A stretch of DNA of 6,924 nt, from NCBI GenBank assembly GCA_035357435.1, contig DAOPNM010000027.1, forward strand, positions 1 to 6,924, in the 5' to 3' direction. Shown one piece after another: positions 5,222 to 6,924 of this stretch. Within the stretch, counting starts at the first letter, position 1; every line of letters starts with the position of its first letter. Position numbers and translations under genes: made by a program. The notes beneath the pieces were generated by a model, which saw nothing but the letters and a program-made list of their open reading frames with translations, was not told where the DNA came from and ran no database searches. Source of the stretch: an archaeon (GTDB lineage: Archaea; Iainarchaeota; Iainarchaeia; Iainarchaeales; CSSED10-239).

Positions 5222-5929
5222 TTAAATCGCTTTTTTCTTTTTTTGTTTATTTATTTGGTCAATTTGTTCTTTTATCTGAGGATTCATTGAAATGCCATTT
5301 TCATTTTCCACAAAAATAGGAACACGCATATTTTTTTGTTGGGAAGGCGTTTTTTCTATAACAGAATCTAATTTTGGATGTGTTTCTGTGTCTTTTAAAG
5401 GGATAACTTCTACAACCTCAATATCAGGAATTTCAAACTTTTCTAAATGTGGAGGTTCTGGTTGTTTTTTGATAGTAGAAGATTCTGAAGATTTTGGTTT
5501 AATTTCTTCAAAAATAATCTTCTTTTTTTCAGGTACCTCTGATAAAAAAGAAAAAGATTCAATAAATGTTTCTTTTGGAGAAATCTTTTGTGTATTTTTT
5601 TCTAACTCATTTAACATAGAATGAATATCTTCTTCTTGTTTATTATCTTTTGGTTCTAATGTTTTTTGCAAAGACTTAATTGCTTCTAAATGTTTTTGAA
5701 TTTCTTTTTTTATACTATCTACATCTTGTTGTTTTGATGGAATTGAGCTATTATTGTTTTCTAAAATGGTTATATCTTTATGAATAGTATCAATTATTTG
5801 TTTTTCTTGGCTAGTTTGTAAAAGTGGTTGTGTATCTTGTTTAACAGGTGGATTTTCTAAATTTGTTAACTTTTTTAGTTTCTCCAATTCTTCTTTTGAC
5901 AACTTTGTTTTTTTTTGTTCATCAGACAT
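5222..5929 (-). CDS. Hypothetical K/E/Q-rich protein (predicted coiled-coil/disordered), no recognisable domain
   Basis: 235-aa ORF with ATG start and TAA stop. It is highly charged with no TM segment. A near-consensus archaeal TATA element tttatata (rc of about 5950-5957) lies about 20-28 nt upstream of the ATG, suggesting a leaderless or near-leaderless mRNA. It is directly abutted by the DUF192 gene. Confidence 0.68.
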   Translation of the reverse strand: MSDEQKKTKLSKEELEKLKKLTNLENPPVKQDTQPLLQTSQEKQIIDTIHKDITILENNNSSIPSKQQDVDSIKKEIQKHLEAIKSLQKTLEPKDNKQEEDIHSMLNELEKNTQKISPKETFIESFSFLSEVPEKKKIIFEEIKPKSSESSTIKKQPEPPHLEKFEIPDIEVVEVIPLKDTETHPKLDSVIEKTPSQQKNMRVPIFVENENGISMNPQIKEQIDQINKQKKKKAI

Positions 5930-6033
5930 TTTTTATCTAATCTTTGTCTTATATAAACATAAAAAGAGTGAAAAATATATAAATATTATGGATAATAAAA
6001 TATTTACACTTTTTATTAAAATTTCATTAAAAA
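5930..6033. promoter_or_regulatory. Divergent promoter region between the K/E-rich protein gene (-) and uppS (+)
   Basis: This 104-bp AT-rich spacer lies between two divergently oriented start codons. TATA-like elements are ttatataaa (5949-5957, serving the - gene), aaatatataaata (about 5973-5985) and ataaaatattta (about 5995-6006, serving uppS). No TSS can be fixed from sequence alone. Confidence 0.45.
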
Positions 6034-6732
6034 ATGGAAAATAGAAAAAAAATGAATAACTTAACCTCCATTGGAATCATTCCTGATGGCAACAGAAGAT
6101 ATGGAAGAAAAAAAAGCATGGATTTGCATAAAACATATCAATATGCAACAGATATAGGTATACCTATAATTAAACATATTTATAAAAAATATCCATCTGT
6201 AAAACAAATCCAATTATATGCACTTTCAAAAGAAAACCTAAAAAGAAGCAAAGAAGAAGTTTCTGAATTATTTAATCTATTTAAAACAAATATTCCTTTA
6301 CTTAAAGAAAAAGTTAAAGAATATGATATAAATTTTAAATTTATTGGAAACTTTAAATTCTTTCCACCAACTTTAAAAAAAATAATTAAAGAAAATTCTG
6401 ATTTTAAAAAAAATGCAAGATTAACAATTTATTTTTGTTTAGGATATTCAGGAAGACAAGAAATAATAGACGGGATAAATAAAATTATTAAAAGTGGAAA
6501 AAAACAAATTACAGAAAAAACATTTAGAAACTATTTATATGATCCACAATTAATAGATCCTGAAATAATCATAAGAACATCTGGTGAAAAAAGATTGTCT
6601 GGATTTTTAACATATGAAAGTGTGTATTCAGAACTGTTTTTTATAAAAAAATATTGGCCTGAAATAAAACCAAAAGATATAGATAAAATCATTCAAGAAT
6701 ATCAAAATATTGGAAGAAGGTTTGGAAAATAG
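6034..6732 (+). CDS. uppS: Undecaprenyl/di-trans,poly-cis-polyprenyl diphosphate synthase (cis-prenyltransferase, UppS family)
   Basis: 232-aa ORF with the signature motifs IIPDGNRRYGRKK (the DGNRRW/YA P-loop-like motif) and IIRTSGEKRLSGFLTYESVYSELFF (RTSGE.R.S.FL.W), plus a C-terminal RRFG. An alternative start is the ATG at 6052 (Met7). Confidence 0.93.
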   Translation: MENRKKMNNLTSIGIIPDGNRRYGRKKSMDLHKTYQYATDIGIPIIKHIYKKYPSVKQIQLYALSKENLKRSKEEVSELFNLFKTNIPLLKEKVKEYDINFKFIGNFKFFPPTLKKIIKENSDFKKNARLTIYFCLGYSGRQEIIDGINKIIKSGKKQITEKTFRNYLYDPQLIDPEIIIRTSGEKRLSGFLTYESVYSELFFIKKYWPEIKPKDIDKIIQEYQNIGRRFGK

Positions 6733-6737
6733 TATTT

Positions 6738-6767
6738 AATATATATATAACTAATATATATATAACT
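6738..6767. repeat. Perfect 15-bp tandem duplication, (TA)n-rich, between convergent genes
   Basis: aatatatatataact occurs at 6738-6752 and again at 6753-6767. The (at)n cores are self-complementary and could form an A/T hairpin, so this may be a bidirectional terminator. The last nt overlaps the stop codon of the - strand gene. Confidence 0.85.
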
Positions 6768-6924
6768 TAAGAACACATTGGAACATCACACATATCCCCG
6801 TCACCATCATTATCAGAATCCCATTGGAGTGGATTGTAAATAAATGGGCAATTATCTGAGACGTCCATAAATCCATCCCCATCTGTGTCTAAAAAAGATA
6901 AAACTAATGGTGCGTAATCAACTA
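6767..6924 (-). CDS. Partial CDS (C-terminal 51 codons; 5' part lies beyond the window): thrombospondin type-3-like calcium-binding repeat protein
   Basis: This ORF is not in the supplied track. My manual translation of the - strand is open from the window edge to the TAA (rc of 6767-6769): ..[51 protein letters not shown]. It matches the TSP3 consensus DxDxDGxxDxxDNCPxxxNxxQxDxDxDGxGDxCD almost position for position. Confidence 0.6.
   Translation of the reverse strand, partial: VDYAPLVLSFLDTDGDGFMDVSDNCPFIYNPLQWDSDNDGDGDMCDVPMCS

Noticed and set aside
5220-5250. Programmed frameshift or transcriptional slippage fusing the 235-aa orphan to DUF192 across the A-rich tract
   Set aside because: The required shift is +1. 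The A-runs (A7, A6) are short for efficient slippage. DUF192 proteins are typically stand-alone and about 110-130 aa. TTG reinitiation next to the stop codon is the simpler explanation.
5292-5624. 110-aa + strand ORF antisense to the K/E-rich protein gene
   Set aside because: It is embedded in the opposite-strand ORF. Its Phe/Ser/Gly-rich sequence is the expected complement of a Lys/Glu-rich gene, and it has no promoter or SD context.
1-6924. Search for a defence island, toxin-antitoxin pair, integrase/transposase or prophage remnant
   Set aside because: Every ORF of meaningful size is either a recognisable housekeeping enzyme or r-protein, or a low-complexity hypothetical. I saw no nuclease, ATPase, integrase, HTH-toxin pairing or terminal inverted repeats. 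Claiming a novel multi-gene system here would be unsupported.

Overview
Very AT-rich, tightly packed window that looks like a small archaeal genome, possibly DPANN-like (inference from gene content and composition). The archaeal call rests on an L10e-type uL16 ribosomal protein, Trm11/TrmG10-like and UppS-like proteins, TATA-like promoter elements, oligo-T terminators and GTGAT Shine-Dalgarno motifs. I support nine protein-coding genes. On the + strand: a repeat-bearing bitopic membrane protein and UPP synthase (uppS). On the - strand: a class I SAM methyltransferase, an unusually long nucleoside diphosphate kinase (ndk), a THUMP/Trm11-like RNA methyltransferase, uL16/L10e with a long Lys/Ala-rich tail, a DUF192 protein, a K/E-rich orphan protein, and a partial 3' end of a thrombospondin-type-3-repeat protein at the right edge. 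I see no transposase, integrase, CRISPR array, rRNA or tRNA, and no recognisable multi-gene defence or mobile system; most of the window is housekeeping. The best candidate for something undescribed is a G+C-enriched, hairpin-rich island of about 125 nt. It sits in the only large non-coding gap (4387-4866) and could be a novel small RNA or an rpl10e leader. Secondary oddities are near-perfect 45-bp triplicated repeats encoding LPNTG motifs, lineage-specific extensions in uL16 and NDK, a degenerate catalytic motif in the THUMP methyltransferase, a DUF192 gene with no ATG start, and several perfect short tandem repeats in intergenic DNA. All homology statements come from motif recognition by eye, not from database searches.
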